This document shows, in pieces, positions 8,810-17,702 of a DNA stretch of 64,000 nucleotides (within the stretch, counting starts at the first letter, position 1; each line of letters begins with the position of its first letter). A program made the translations under genes and the position numbers. The notes beneath the pieces were generated by a model, which saw nothing but the letters and a program-made list of their open reading frames with translations, was not told the DNA's origin and made no database searches. The DNA comes from Candidatus Woesearchaeota archaeon (GTDB lineage: Archaea; Nanobdellota; Nanobdellia; Woesearchaeales; UBA9642), in assembly GCA_041658255.1 (NCBI GenBank), contig JBBAAQ010000005.1, positions 1,544 to 65,543 of the forward strand, read 5' to 3'.

Positions 8810-9004
8810 ATGCCTGATAAGCGTTACTGGTATGTGGAACGAGTCTATGGCAAACATCATGAAGATGTAGAAATCACTTCTAATGGTGAGACTAAACACG
8901 TCAAAAATATTCTTGAACGAGAGATACATCCCGGAAACTTCTTAGTATTAGAAGGTGATTTGATCATGGACGTCCTGCATGAAGCGCAAGTGCCGAAGAA
9001 ATAA
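8810..9004 (+). CDS. small hypothetical protein
   Basis: The 64-aa ORF has a protein-like composition. It competes with an antisense 62-aa ORF. Confidence 0.35.
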   Translation: MPDKRYWYVERVYGKHHEDVEITSNGETKHVKNILEREIHPGNFLVLEGDLIMDVLHEAQVPKK

Positions 9005-9023
9005 ATTCTCCGGAAAAAGTCTT

Positions 9024-9731
9024 CTATTGTTTAAAGTATTCAAAGAAATCGCTCTTCATTCCGAAACGTGCTCTGAAGAAAAATTTATCTCTATCATCAA
9101 AAGGAAAAGAAATGTCTCTTCCATACACTTCCTTCAACAACGTCAGTGTTGCTGGAGTATCATGAGGATGATTATTATTCAATACATGTGTAGCGTCTGC
9201 AACAAATATCAAAACATCCGTCGTCAGTTGATTTGGAGATTTTCTTTGATATTCAAAATCGCACGTATATACACTTCCACGATTTTGATATTGTTTATTT
9301 AACTTGAAGAAATTTTTAAGATAAGGATCTCCGTGACTTTCTCCTAAGCTATGAATTCCATACAATTGCTGTAGACCTTGTTTAAAATAATTTAATTTAT
9401 CATCCTTATGTATTCTTGGATCTTGGAATACTTCAACAAAATCAGTTAATTCAAGCGTTTTCATATTTAATGTCAATGTTTGATCGTCCATATTTATCAG
9501 TTCTGGTGTATTAAGTCCTGCAGCAAAAAATTTAGGAATTAGACGTTTTTCTCGAGCGTATCTTTGCGCAGCAGACATATAGGGTTTTCTTTCTAAGAAT
9601 CCCCAAAGCATAGTCAGGGAGAAGCCACGATAAGTTTTTTCAACTTTTTCTGGCGTAATCTTGACTTTATTCGTTCTCAGCCATTTTCCGATATTGTCAA
9701 GCTTCATATGTATGTTGGGAAGTAAGGTCAT
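9024..9731 (-). CDS. protein-kinase-like fold protein (Kdo/RIO/Bud32-like, degenerate)
   Basis: LYGIHSLGESHGDPYLKNFF resembles the HGDxxxxN catalytic loop of small atypical kinases, followed by CDFEY, which is DFG-like. Confidence 0.5.
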   Translation of the reverse strand: MTLLPNIHMKLDNIGKWLRTNKVKITPEKVEKTYRGFSLTMLWGFLERKPYMSAAQRYAREKRLIPKFFAAGLNTPELINMDDQTLTLNMKTLELTDFVEVFQDPRIHKDDKLNYFKQGLQQLYGIHSLGESHGDPYLKNFFKLNKQYQNRGSVYTCDFEYQRKSPNQLTTDVLIFVADATHVLNNNHPHDTPATLTLLKEVYGRDISFPFDDRDKFFFRARFGMKSDFFEYFKQ

Positions 9732-9838
9732 ATTTTAAAACTTTTGTTCATTCTTACAAAAATCACGTATTATATAAAGCATACAAAACAACTACAAATA
9801 TCTTACACAAAGCATACCTTCCTTTTCTTCAATTCATT

Positions 9839-9869
9839 TTAAGCACAAAATATTGAGATTTGTGCTTAA
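9839..9869. promoter_or_regulatory. perfect 11-bp dyad TTAAGCACAAA-N9-TTTGTGCTTAA upstream of the RHH genes
   Basis: Arms at 9839-9849 and 9859-9869. It lies 9 nt upstream of the TATA box at 9878-9885. Confidence 0.55.
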
Positions 9870-9877
9870 CCAAAACC

Positions 9878-9885
9878 TTTATAAA
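9878..9885 (+). promoter_or_regulatory. TATA box TTTATAAA for the 9963.. operon
   Basis: Same octamer as the other promoters. It lies ~78 nt before the ATG at 9963, so a leader is implied here. Confidence 0.4.
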
Positions 9886-9962
9886 TCTCTATTCCGATTA
9901 CGAGAAACATACAAATAGCTAACATAAAAAATACGTTTGTTTTCCTTTATTTTGAGATTAAA

Positions 9963-10118
9963 ATGGATAACATTGAAATTATCAATATCCGGCTTTCTTC
10001 TGAATTATTAAAAAAAGTAGATGAACTTATCCGAGAAGGATCCTATTCTTCACGCAGTGAAGTCATCCGTGAACTCTGCCGCAACTATGTATTGGAGGAA
10101 CGCTACAAAGATGAATAA
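9963..10118 (+). CDS. ribbon-helix-helix (CopG/NikR-type) DNA-binding protein, 51 aa
   Basis: MDNIEIINIRLSSELLKKVDELIREGSYSSRSEVIRELCRNYVLEERYKDE shows the classic RHH pattern (beta strand, LxxxD, SRSEhIR). It is below the size cutoff of the ORF track. Confidence 0.7.
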   Translation: MDNIEIINIRLSSELLKKVDELIREGSYSSRSEVIRELCRNYVLEERYKDE

Positions 10119-10464
10119 TACTCCTGCAGCAAAAAACTCTGTACGGCAAAAAAAAGATGCAGTAGTATCTGTTCGCATGCCGAAAGGATTAGTGCAAGAA
10201 TTAAGGGATCTCCAAAAGATAAATCACTTCATGGACATTTCTGATGAAATACGATTCGTGATCCGAAAATATTGCTTACCGAAAAATCTCACCCAAGAAC
10301 GATCACAGAAATCACTCGAAGAAAAACAAAAACTCATCACCGATCTTGACAAAATCTTGCGTGAACTCAAAACCGATGCATCATCCTACGAAGAAAGATT
10401 GCACGAACTTAAAAATATGGATACAAAGAGTGGAGATACTAATCATCGCGATAACGCGCAGTAA
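10111..10464 (+). CDS. second RHH-like protein with a coiled-coil tail
   Basis: VSVRMPKGLVQELRDLQKINHFMDISDEIRFVIRKY is RHH-like. Its start overlaps the upstream stop (ATGAATAA). The track start at 10021 overlaps the first RHH gene in another frame. Confidence 0.6.
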   Translation: MNNTPAAKNSVRQKKDAVVSVRMPKGLVQELRDLQKINHFMDISDEIRFVIRKYCLPKNLTQERSQKSLEEKQKLITDLDKILRELKTDASSYEERLHELKNMDTKSGDTNHRDNAQ

Positions 10465-10467
10465 CCT

Positions 10468-13400
10468 ATGAATACCATTAATACATCTGGACAAAGGATA
10501 GTCTCCTCGAGAGTTATTATACTCGTTGCGCTAGTTATTTTCATTGCGATTATGCCTATTGCATCTGCGCAGTATCTTACGATCACCACTCCTGATTCTC
10601 CAATAGATCTTAATGCAATTAATTATACGATTGCAACAAGTGAACTTAATATCTCAAATACACATTCGGAGTCTCTCGATGCGTCTGCCAATACGACGAC
10701 ATTACTAGACATCAATGATACATTGTTCATTGATTGTATGCTTACTATTAATGCAACCTTATTGTCAAATAATACCGACGCATTAAATATCTCGAACATC
10801 ACTACCCATTATTCCACTACATTCAATGTGACTGATGCGACACCATCGCTTCAGTATTCACAACAAATCTCGCCATCACTCGCTGACGGCTTACATCGCA
10901 TGATATTGAACTGTACGACGACGCTTTTCGAATTGAATACCACTACACTCATCATCACAAATTATATCATGGTGCCTTCCAATTTGAGTGATACTAATTC
11001 AAGTAGTAATAATAGTGGAAATTTCTCTATCATTGAAACAAATACGACAACAATCACTCAAACCAACACCACACAAGTCATCAATTCCGGAACACAAAAA
11101 AATGTTATTGTAGATACTGCAATGCCGATCATCACCATTATTACTCCACTAACGCAATCAATTAATTCCTCGTCGCTGCAAAATGTAACTCAAAATACAA
11201 ATTCCTCTTTGTATCTCTTGCCCTTTAATTTTACACTCACGGAAGGATCAGATAGTATTTGTCAACTTACGTTAAGCCCAATCCCTCCGGTAAATGGCTC
11301 TTTGCAGATTGTTAGTTTTTCAATACCACTCGATGCATCATCTCCCGAATTGAGTTCAGGACTCAAAACCACGACGATATCAACTTCATTCAATGTTACT
11401 GCAATAAATTACTCTTACATTCTTACGTGTACTGACCTGTTCAATCGAACACAATCAGCAAATAATACATTCAGTGTTACCCCTCTATTCTCCCCCACCT
11501 CCCCCGAGGTCCAACCATTCCTTTCTATCACTATGACAAAATCTGCGTATAATCTGGGAGAACTTGCGTATTATGATATTTTTGCCATAAATAATAGTAA
11601 TGTTTCAATAACGATTTGTCCGGTTGCTCAAGGATGGGTGCAATGCTATGCGACGCCAGAATTCAAAAATGATACCTTTCCCAAACATTATGCGATGCCG
11701 TATACGAATAAGACCGGGCAATACCTCGTCGAAACTGTGATGCGTTATAAAAATACTACGTTACATGCAAATACGACTTTTGAAGTAGTTAATAGTATCA
11801 GTGCAACTATTACTCCGCATAATACACATGCTGTTGCAGGAAATCTTGTGACGTTTAATGCAACCGCAAACGGGGGTATTGCGCCATACACGTATAAGTG
11901 GACGTTGTATGATGGGCAAACATTTAGTGGTTCTGGGGCATACAAAAACTTCACGAGCAGTGGAACATATCAAATCAATCTTACGGTTAATGATAGCGCA
12001 GGAAACAGTTATACTACCATAACATCAATAAAAATTCGTGAACTCTACCAACTCAAAATTATTACTTATGATAAAAAAACAGGGAGCAGAGCCCGTGATG
12101 TTCTCGTGCGCATTGATGATGCAGTGAATAAGACAACAAATCCTGATGGTGAAGTTGTTTTTAGTCTTGTTCAAGGAAAATATGATATCTATGCTTCAAA
12201 AGGTGATTATGGCGGGTTTCTGAGTAATGTTCTTGTTGATAAAAATATCACGGTTTCCATGAATCTTTCAATCGAAGACTATTTCCCGCCGAAGATTACG
12301 CTTCTCACGAGTACTGGCGCAACATTTACGAAAGACACAATCAAACTCAAATTTAAAGCCGAGGATATGAGTGAGATGTATTGCGCGCTCTATACTGCAA
12401 AACTCGAAGATCATTGGTTCACACTCAAAGATGCAGGACCGAATTTAAAGTCGAATATTGAGTATACGTTTGATATTACTAATCTTGATTATGGATCCTA
12501 TAAATGGAAAATCGAATGTCGTGATGAAAGTAATAATAGCGCATATAGTGATGATTATAATTTTACTATTTCAAGTATTGATCTGCAGGCCGTAGCACAA
12601 AAAACTGCAACATCTTCTGATGATTTGAATGCTGCACTTGATCGGATAGATGCATTATCCGTGCAGGAAGCCGAGGTTGCGCAGATTTTAGGTATTAAAA
12701 ACGAATTGAAAGATATCCTTGAAAAAGTCAATAATCTCGATCGGGATATTCATAATCTTGCATTCCGCAGAGACCTTAATGAAAATGGGAAACTGTTATT
12801 ACAAAAGAATTATACTGATACGATCGAATACCTGAAATACCACACACCCATAAATGTCGAAGTCAAAGAGACTAAAACCTTTGTGAAATATGTTCGTGAT
12901 CCTGAACTTAAAATAATCCTTGATGAATATCGTTCCCTTAAAAATCTTAATATTAAAGAAAATCTCTTTTTTGAATCAACAAAAACTACGCAATCAAAAG
13001 CAATCATCTCAACTAAGGCGCGTGTCGTTGTTCTCTCCTATTTGAATGGTGAAAAAAAAGAGATTACACTTATCACGAAAGATATTCGTGTTGCAAAAAT
13101 TGAAGACCAGCAACTCTTCGCAAAATCGACGAGCATTACCTTTGTTGAACATATCCCTAAAACCGTTATCCCGACAATCAAATCAGTAACTGTTCTCAAT
13201 AAAGAATATACTGTTTTAAAAGAAGACCCGCTCCTCGAGTTTCCCGGATCAACAACAACAATATCGTACAGTATCGCCAGTGCAATAAATCTTGATACTA
13301 TCCAACAAATCGATACTGTGATCATTGATAAAAATGTTCAATCCACAAATCGCTTTACCGGCCTTGCAATTACTGATTTTAAGTTAATTCAAGAATCACT

Positions 13401-13911
13401 AAATGGAAAAGTACTCCTCGCTATTGTCATTTTTATTCTCATCCTCGTCTATGTTATCATTAGTTTTGATATTGCGAGTCGTATTAAGAATTTCTTTGGT
13501 ATGTTCTTTTATAAAAAGAAGACAAGTTATATCCGTGTGTTGATTAATGATTCTTCAGATTATTTACATGAAGGGGATAGTGCAAAAGCAGCGCTCATCT
13601 ATCACGAGATTAAACTAACGTATGAGAGTTCTCCTCCCCCAATTCAACGTAAAGTCTATGAAGAATGCTACGAACTCTGCAATAAGATTGATATTTCATA
13701 CTTTTATGAACTTTCAGCAACTATCCAAGCGCTTGCAAAAACAAATCATATTCAAGAATCTATTGATCAGTATGAAACATTAGAAAAAACATATGTAAAA
13801 ATTGATGATCGGTATAAGAAGGATCTTACTGAGAGACTTCGTTCCATATCGGCTCAAGTGAGTGCTCTGCAACAATTTACCACGGGTCCATGCAAAATAG
13901 ATGACGTGTAA
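10468..13911 (+). CDS. large bitopic surface protein, N-glycosylation-sequon rich, with a PKD domain and a cytoplasmic tail
   Basis: 1147 aa with an N-terminal signal/TM segment and dozens of NxS/T sequons. A PKD-like segment (VAGNLVTFNATANGGIAPYTYKWTLYDGQ...YQINLTVNDSAGN) lies at ~nt 11790-12040. A TM segment (VLLAIVIFILILVYVIISF) is followed by ~140 cytoplasmic residues. Confidence 0.85.
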   Translation: MNTINTSGQRIVSSRVIILVALVIFIAIMPIASAQYLTITTPDSPIDLNAINYTIATSELNISNTHSESLDASANTTTLLDINDTLFIDCMLTINATLLSNNTDALNISNITTHYSTTFNVTDATPSLQYSQQISPSLADGLHRMILNCTTTLFELNTTTLIITNYIMVPSNLSDTNSSSNNSGNFSIIETNTTTITQTNTTQVINSGTQKNVIVDTAMPIITIITPLTQSINSSSLQNVTQNTNSSLYLLPFNFTLTEGSDSICQLTLSPIPPVNGSLQIVSFSIPLDASSPELSSGLKTTTISTSFNVTAINYSYILTCTDLFNRTQSANNTFSVTPLFSPTSPEVQPFLSITMTKSAYNLGELAYYDIFAINNSNVSITICPVAQGWVQCYATPEFKNDTFPKHYAMPYTNKTGQYLVETVMRYKNTTLHANTTFEVVNSISATITPHNTHAVAGNLVTFNATANGGIAPYTYKWTLYDGQTFSGSGAYKNFTSSGTYQINLTVNDSAGNSYTTITSIKIRELYQLKIITYDKKTGSRARDVLVRIDDAVNKTTNPDGEVVFSLVQGKYDIYASKGDYGGFLSNVLVDKNITVSMNLSIEDYFPPKITLLTSTGATFTKDTIKLKFKAEDMSEMYCALYTAKLEDHWFTLKDAGPNLKSNIEYTFDITNLDYGSYKWKIECRDESNNSAYSDDYNFTISSIDLQAVAQKTATSSDDLNAALDRIDALSVQEAEVAQILGIKNELKDILEKVNNLDRDIHNLAFRRDLNENGKLLLQKNYTDTIEYLKYHTPINVEVKETKTFVKYVRDPELKIILDEYRSLKNLNIKENLFFESTKTTQSKAIISTKARVVVLSYLNGEKKEITLITKDIRVAKIEDQQLFAKSTSITFVEHIPKTVIPTIKSVTVLNKEYTVLKEDPLLEFPGSTTTISYSIASAINLDTIQQIDTVIIDKNVQSTNRFTGLAITDFKLIQESLNGKVLLAIVIFILILVYVIISFDIASRIKNFFGMFFYKKKTSYIRVLINDSSDYLHEGDSAKAALIYHEIKLTYESSPPPIQRKVYEECYELCNKIDISYFYELSATIQALAKTNHIQESIDQYETLEKTYVKIDDRYKKDLTERLRSISAQVSALQQFTTGPCKIDDV

Positions 13912-13938
13912 ACTAAATAATATAAAGGACGTACGGAT

Positions 13939-16900
13939 ATGAATAGAAAAATAGATGATATTATCGCAGGAAAAAAAGATCGAAAGAATATACTTATCAT
14001 AGTTCTTATGCTCTTTTTTCTCTCAGGGTCAATACTTGGGCTTATGCTAGTCACCAATTTTGTAGGGTTTGTGTATCAGAATTATCTTTCAGGGCAGGCA
14101 GGATATGTATATGAAACTATTTTGGATTACCGTGAATGTGCATATATGTGGTCGGGAGTTTATGGGTTCGCCGAGATGATAAAAGGTGAAAACGGTTGGA
14201 GTGAACAAATATCGTCTTGTAGTTTATCTGCTATTAATATTTCTTTTAATTGTTTAGCTCCGGGCATTGATCATGAGATCATGGCTTCACAGGTTCCTTC
14301 AAGTACAATTTCATGGGATACATTAAGACCTGCAACAACACTCGAAGTAGATCAGTATATGGGTGTAGATCCAACGAATAGCATGTCCGCAACAAAAACA
14401 TTCACACAACAACATGTCTATCAGATAGGGCAAAACACGTACACAGTCTTTGGAACTTCGACAAAAAAAACAGGTAATGCTACAGACATTAATTTTGATA
14501 TGGGCGTCTTAAGAGACGGGAATGGAAATCTTATTTTTATTTCTCACATTTTAAAAAATAGCACTTACGGGTTCGATAATCAGATCTATAATTACCAGAT
14601 GATCCTTCCTTTGCGTAATGGAACAAATCCCGTGTATTACTTCTTTTCTGATCCTTTTGATCAATGTTCTGAAGAAGGTAGTGGTGATGATTCAATCTAT
14701 GTTCCTCCAGTAACTGAAACTTTGACGCCAGAAACAATCGCTAGTGGTTCTACTGGTTCATTTGATTTTGCAAAATCCGAAACCCTGGGTGTAACTACGA
14801 TTGATGTTACAGTCAAAGACGGCACTACAGGAACATTTACAGTTGCTGATTCTGACAAACCAACAGGATCCCCACTTGCGATAGCATCAACAACAGGCGC
14901 AGTATACAATTACATTCAAATCACTTCAACGATTCCTAATAGTAATATTGCTACTGCAACAATAAAATTCAAGGTTCCCAAAACATGGTTTACTACAGAA
15001 AATATTGATTATACTACTATTGCCTTGAAAAAATTAGTGAATAATGTGTGGGTTGAATATGCGACAACATCTGCGAGTGAAGGTTCATCATACTATTATT
15101 ATGAAACAGTTGTATCCTCGTTTTCATCGTATGTGATTGTAGGAAAGTATACTAATGCAACAACACTGCCCGCAACACCCATTCTGGAGCAGCCAAAACG
15201 TATTGAAGGTATTGATTATGGTATCTCACTCTCAAAAATTGACCGCAAGATTGTCGTTGGAAACTTCTTACAGGAAATTGTTGCATTCTATAATTATAGG
15301 TCCGCTCCTGCAAATCTTAATTTTTCAATTGAGGGAGAAAATCTCAGTAAACTTATCAAACTCGATAAGAGTAGCATGATTATCTCTCCAAATACCAATG
15401 ATCAACTTACATTGACAATCTTTGGTGAAGGAACACCCGGTATCTATAATGGGTCGCTTGTTGTTGATGGTACATTACAGCAAAAAATTCCTATCCATAT
15501 TGAACTCCTCTCAAAAGATCGATTACCCGTCGAATCGATCCTTATCTTTACAGATATCTATAATCGGAAAATCTTTTCTTTTGATAAGTTAAAATTTAAG
15601 ACAGATCTTCGTAATATGCTCTCTGATCAATCATACCCTGTAACACTCCAATTTACCATTCAAGATATTACGGGTTCTACAGTCTGGTCTGATCAATCAA
15701 ATGTATTTGTGCAAACATCATTTTCATTATTAAAAACCGCAGAACTTCCAAAGAATCTTTCGAATGGTAATTATGTCTTGGGTATACGCGCGAATTATCT
15801 TGGAGTTTCAAGCAGTACAAGCGCAGTGTTTAGTGTCGTTTCACCATTCTATGATCAATATTTGTTCGGAATGAGTGTATGGATTTGGATTATCCTTTTA
15901 GTATTTTTCCTCCCAGTAATTCTTGTATCGTTTTTTATGCGAAAACATATCAAGAGTAAGAAACATTATGCGGCAAAAGTATCTTACACTGAATTACCGA
16001 AAGTCGGTCTAAAATCTATGTTTGTGGGAAAAATTGCAGAGACAGATCATAAGACATATTTTGACCTTGAACAATTCAAAATGCACACTATTGTTGCAGG
16101 AGCAACAGGTGGTGGTAAGTCGGTTGCTGCGCAAGTTATCGTCGAAGAAGCATTGATGAAGGGCATTGCAGTTATTGTTTTTGATCCCATCGCAGAATGG
16201 TCGGGAATGCTGCGCAAAGGAATTGATAAGAACATGTTGAAATTATATCCGCAATTCGGGCTTAAAGCAACAGATGCAAGATCGTTTAATGGTAATGTAC
16301 GGCAGATTACGAATGCACTCGAAGTGATTGATATTAAAAAATATATTAACCCCGGAGAAGTCCAAATTTTTACACTCAATAAACTTGATCCGGAAGATAT
16401 CGACATTTTTGTTGCCAATTCGATTCGTGAAATATTTCACGCTAATTTTCCTGAGAATCCTGAGATAAAACTTCTCATTGTTTACGATGAAGTACATCGT
16501 TTACTGCCAAAATTCAGTGGTTCTGGAGAAGGATTTTTACAAATTGAGCGCGGATGTCGTGAGTTTCGTAAGTGGGGTATCGGTATGTTATTGATTTCGC
16601 AGGTCCTTGCAGATTTTGTCGGACAAATCAAAGCAAACATCAATACGGAAATTCAGATGCGTACGCGTGATGAAGGAGACATTGATCGCATTAAGGCAAA
16701 ATATGGTACTGATGTCCTTCAAGGTCTTGTCGAGGCAAGTGTGGGTTTTGGGATGGTTGAAAATCCGGCATATAATAATGGTCGACCCTATTTTGTATCG
16801 TTTCGTCCGCTACTGCACAATACGCAACGTCTCTCAGATGAAGAACTCGAGAAATATGATAACTGTAATGAAATCATTGACGATCTCCACTATCAACTCG

Positions 16901-17622
16901 AACAATTAGATGCAGAAAAACAGGATGTCTTCGGTCTCAAACTCGAATTGAAGATTGCACTTGATAAAGTGAAATCTGGAAATTTTAATATGGTCGAAAT
17001 TTATTTACAAGAACTCGTTCCCCGTATTGAAAAGATATGGAAACATCTGAATAAGGCGCCAAAAAAATGTGAACTCAAACTCGTCGATATTGCAAGTTTA
17101 AAATCCGAATTGAAAAAAGCCGAGGAATCACGTAATGAATTCGAAAAAGAACAACACACAATGCAAGCGAAAGCAACTGATGATTTTGTGAAAATACTCG
17201 ATGAGGATAAATCAAAAAATACTATGTTGTTCACGCCACAAACTTCACTTGCTCCACAGACGTTATCTGTTTCATCAACATTACCGGTTTCACCAACACC
17301 TATCCGGCCTGAACAGTACTTTTATACTGTTGATCATCTCATACTGCAATCACTTCGTGAACTTTCAACATATCTTACGACCGGTAGTCCTGATGCATTC
17401 GCGTATCATGTGAACTCGACAAGAAATGATTTTGCAAATTGGATTAGGGGGGTGTTTTTATTCAATTCGCTTGCAGATACGATTCAAAACATTACCGATA
17501 AAAACGAGATGCATCAGCACTTAGAAGAATTTTTGCAAAAAATTCCTGCGCAAATTGATCCTGTAGTGGGATCTTCAACACATACGCCAGCGAATCCTTC
17601 TCTTCAAGAGTCTCTCGTCTAG
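13939..17622 (+). CDS. two-pass membrane protein: extracellular PGF-pre-PGF-like domain fused to a cytoplasmic HerA/FtsK/VirB4-class P-loop ATPase and a C-terminal NDFANW domain
   Basis: 1227 aa. TM1 is at ~aa 17-40. The extracellular part contains YNYIQI...ATIKFKVPKTWF...YYYYETVVSSFSSYVIVGK, which is PGF-pre-PGF-like. TM2 is at ~aa 645-668. Walker A GATGGGKS is at nt 16099-16122, Walker B is LLIVYDEVHRLL, and LLISQVLADF...NTEIQMR is HerA/DUF87-like. Confidence 0.85.
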   Translation: MNRKIDDIIAGKKDRKNILIIVLMLFFLSGSILGLMLVTNFVGFVYQNYLSGQAGYVYETILDYRECAYMWSGVYGFAEMIKGENGWSEQISSCSLSAINISFNCLAPGIDHEIMASQVPSSTISWDTLRPATTLEVDQYMGVDPTNSMSATKTFTQQHVYQIGQNTYTVFGTSTKKTGNATDINFDMGVLRDGNGNLIFISHILKNSTYGFDNQIYNYQMILPLRNGTNPVYYFFSDPFDQCSEEGSGDDSIYVPPVTETLTPETIASGSTGSFDFAKSETLGVTTIDVTVKDGTTGTFTVADSDKPTGSPLAIASTTGAVYNYIQITSTIPNSNIATATIKFKVPKTWFTTENIDYTTIALKKLVNNVWVEYATTSASEGSSYYYYETVVSSFSSYVIVGKYTNATTLPATPILEQPKRIEGIDYGISLSKIDRKIVVGNFLQEIVAFYNYRSAPANLNFSIEGENLSKLIKLDKSSMIISPNTNDQLTLTIFGEGTPGIYNGSLVVDGTLQQKIPIHIELLSKDRLPVESILIFTDIYNRKIFSFDKLKFKTDLRNMLSDQSYPVTLQFTIQDITGSTVWSDQSNVFVQTSFSLLKTAELPKNLSNGNYVLGIRANYLGVSSSTSAVFSVVSPFYDQYLFGMSVWIWIILLVFFLPVILVSFFMRKHIKSKKHYAAKVSYTELPKVGLKSMFVGKIAETDHKTYFDLEQFKMHTIVAGATGGGKSVAAQVIVEEALMKGIAVIVFDPIAEWSGMLRKGIDKNMLKLYPQFGLKATDARSFNGNVRQITNALEVIDIKKYINPGEVQIFTLNKLDPEDIDIFVANSIREIFHANFPENPEIKLLIVYDEVHRLLPKFSGSGEGFLQIERGCREFRKWGIGMLLISQVLADFVGQIKANINTEIQMRTRDEGDIDRIKAKYGTDVLQGLVEASVGFGMVENPAYNNGRPYFVSFRPLLHNTQRLSDEELEKYDNCNEIIDDLHYQLEQLDAEKQDVFGLKLELKIALDKVKSGNFNMVEIYLQELVPRIEKIWKHLNKAPKKCELKLVDIASLKSELKKAEESRNEFEKEQHTMQAKATDDFVKILDEDKSKNTMLFTPQTSLAPQTLSVSSTLPVSPTPIRPEQYFYTVDHLILQSLRELSTYLTTGSPDAFAYHVNSTRNDFANWIRGVFLFNSLADTIQNITDKNEMHQHLEEFLQKIPAQIDPVVGSSTHTPANPSLQESLV

Positions 17623-17702
17623 AAATTTATTGTCTGAGAATCGTAATCGCAACACGCTCCAGAACAAACGCAGAATGCAGCTGATTGAGAAAAAAATTAA
17701 AA

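Noticed and set aside
10021-10110. The longer start (10021) for the second RHH gene.
   Set aside because: It would overlap the well-formed 51-aa RHH gene in another frame by 98 nt. The ATG at 10111 gives the common ATGA-type start/stop overlap and keeps the RHH fold at the N-terminus.
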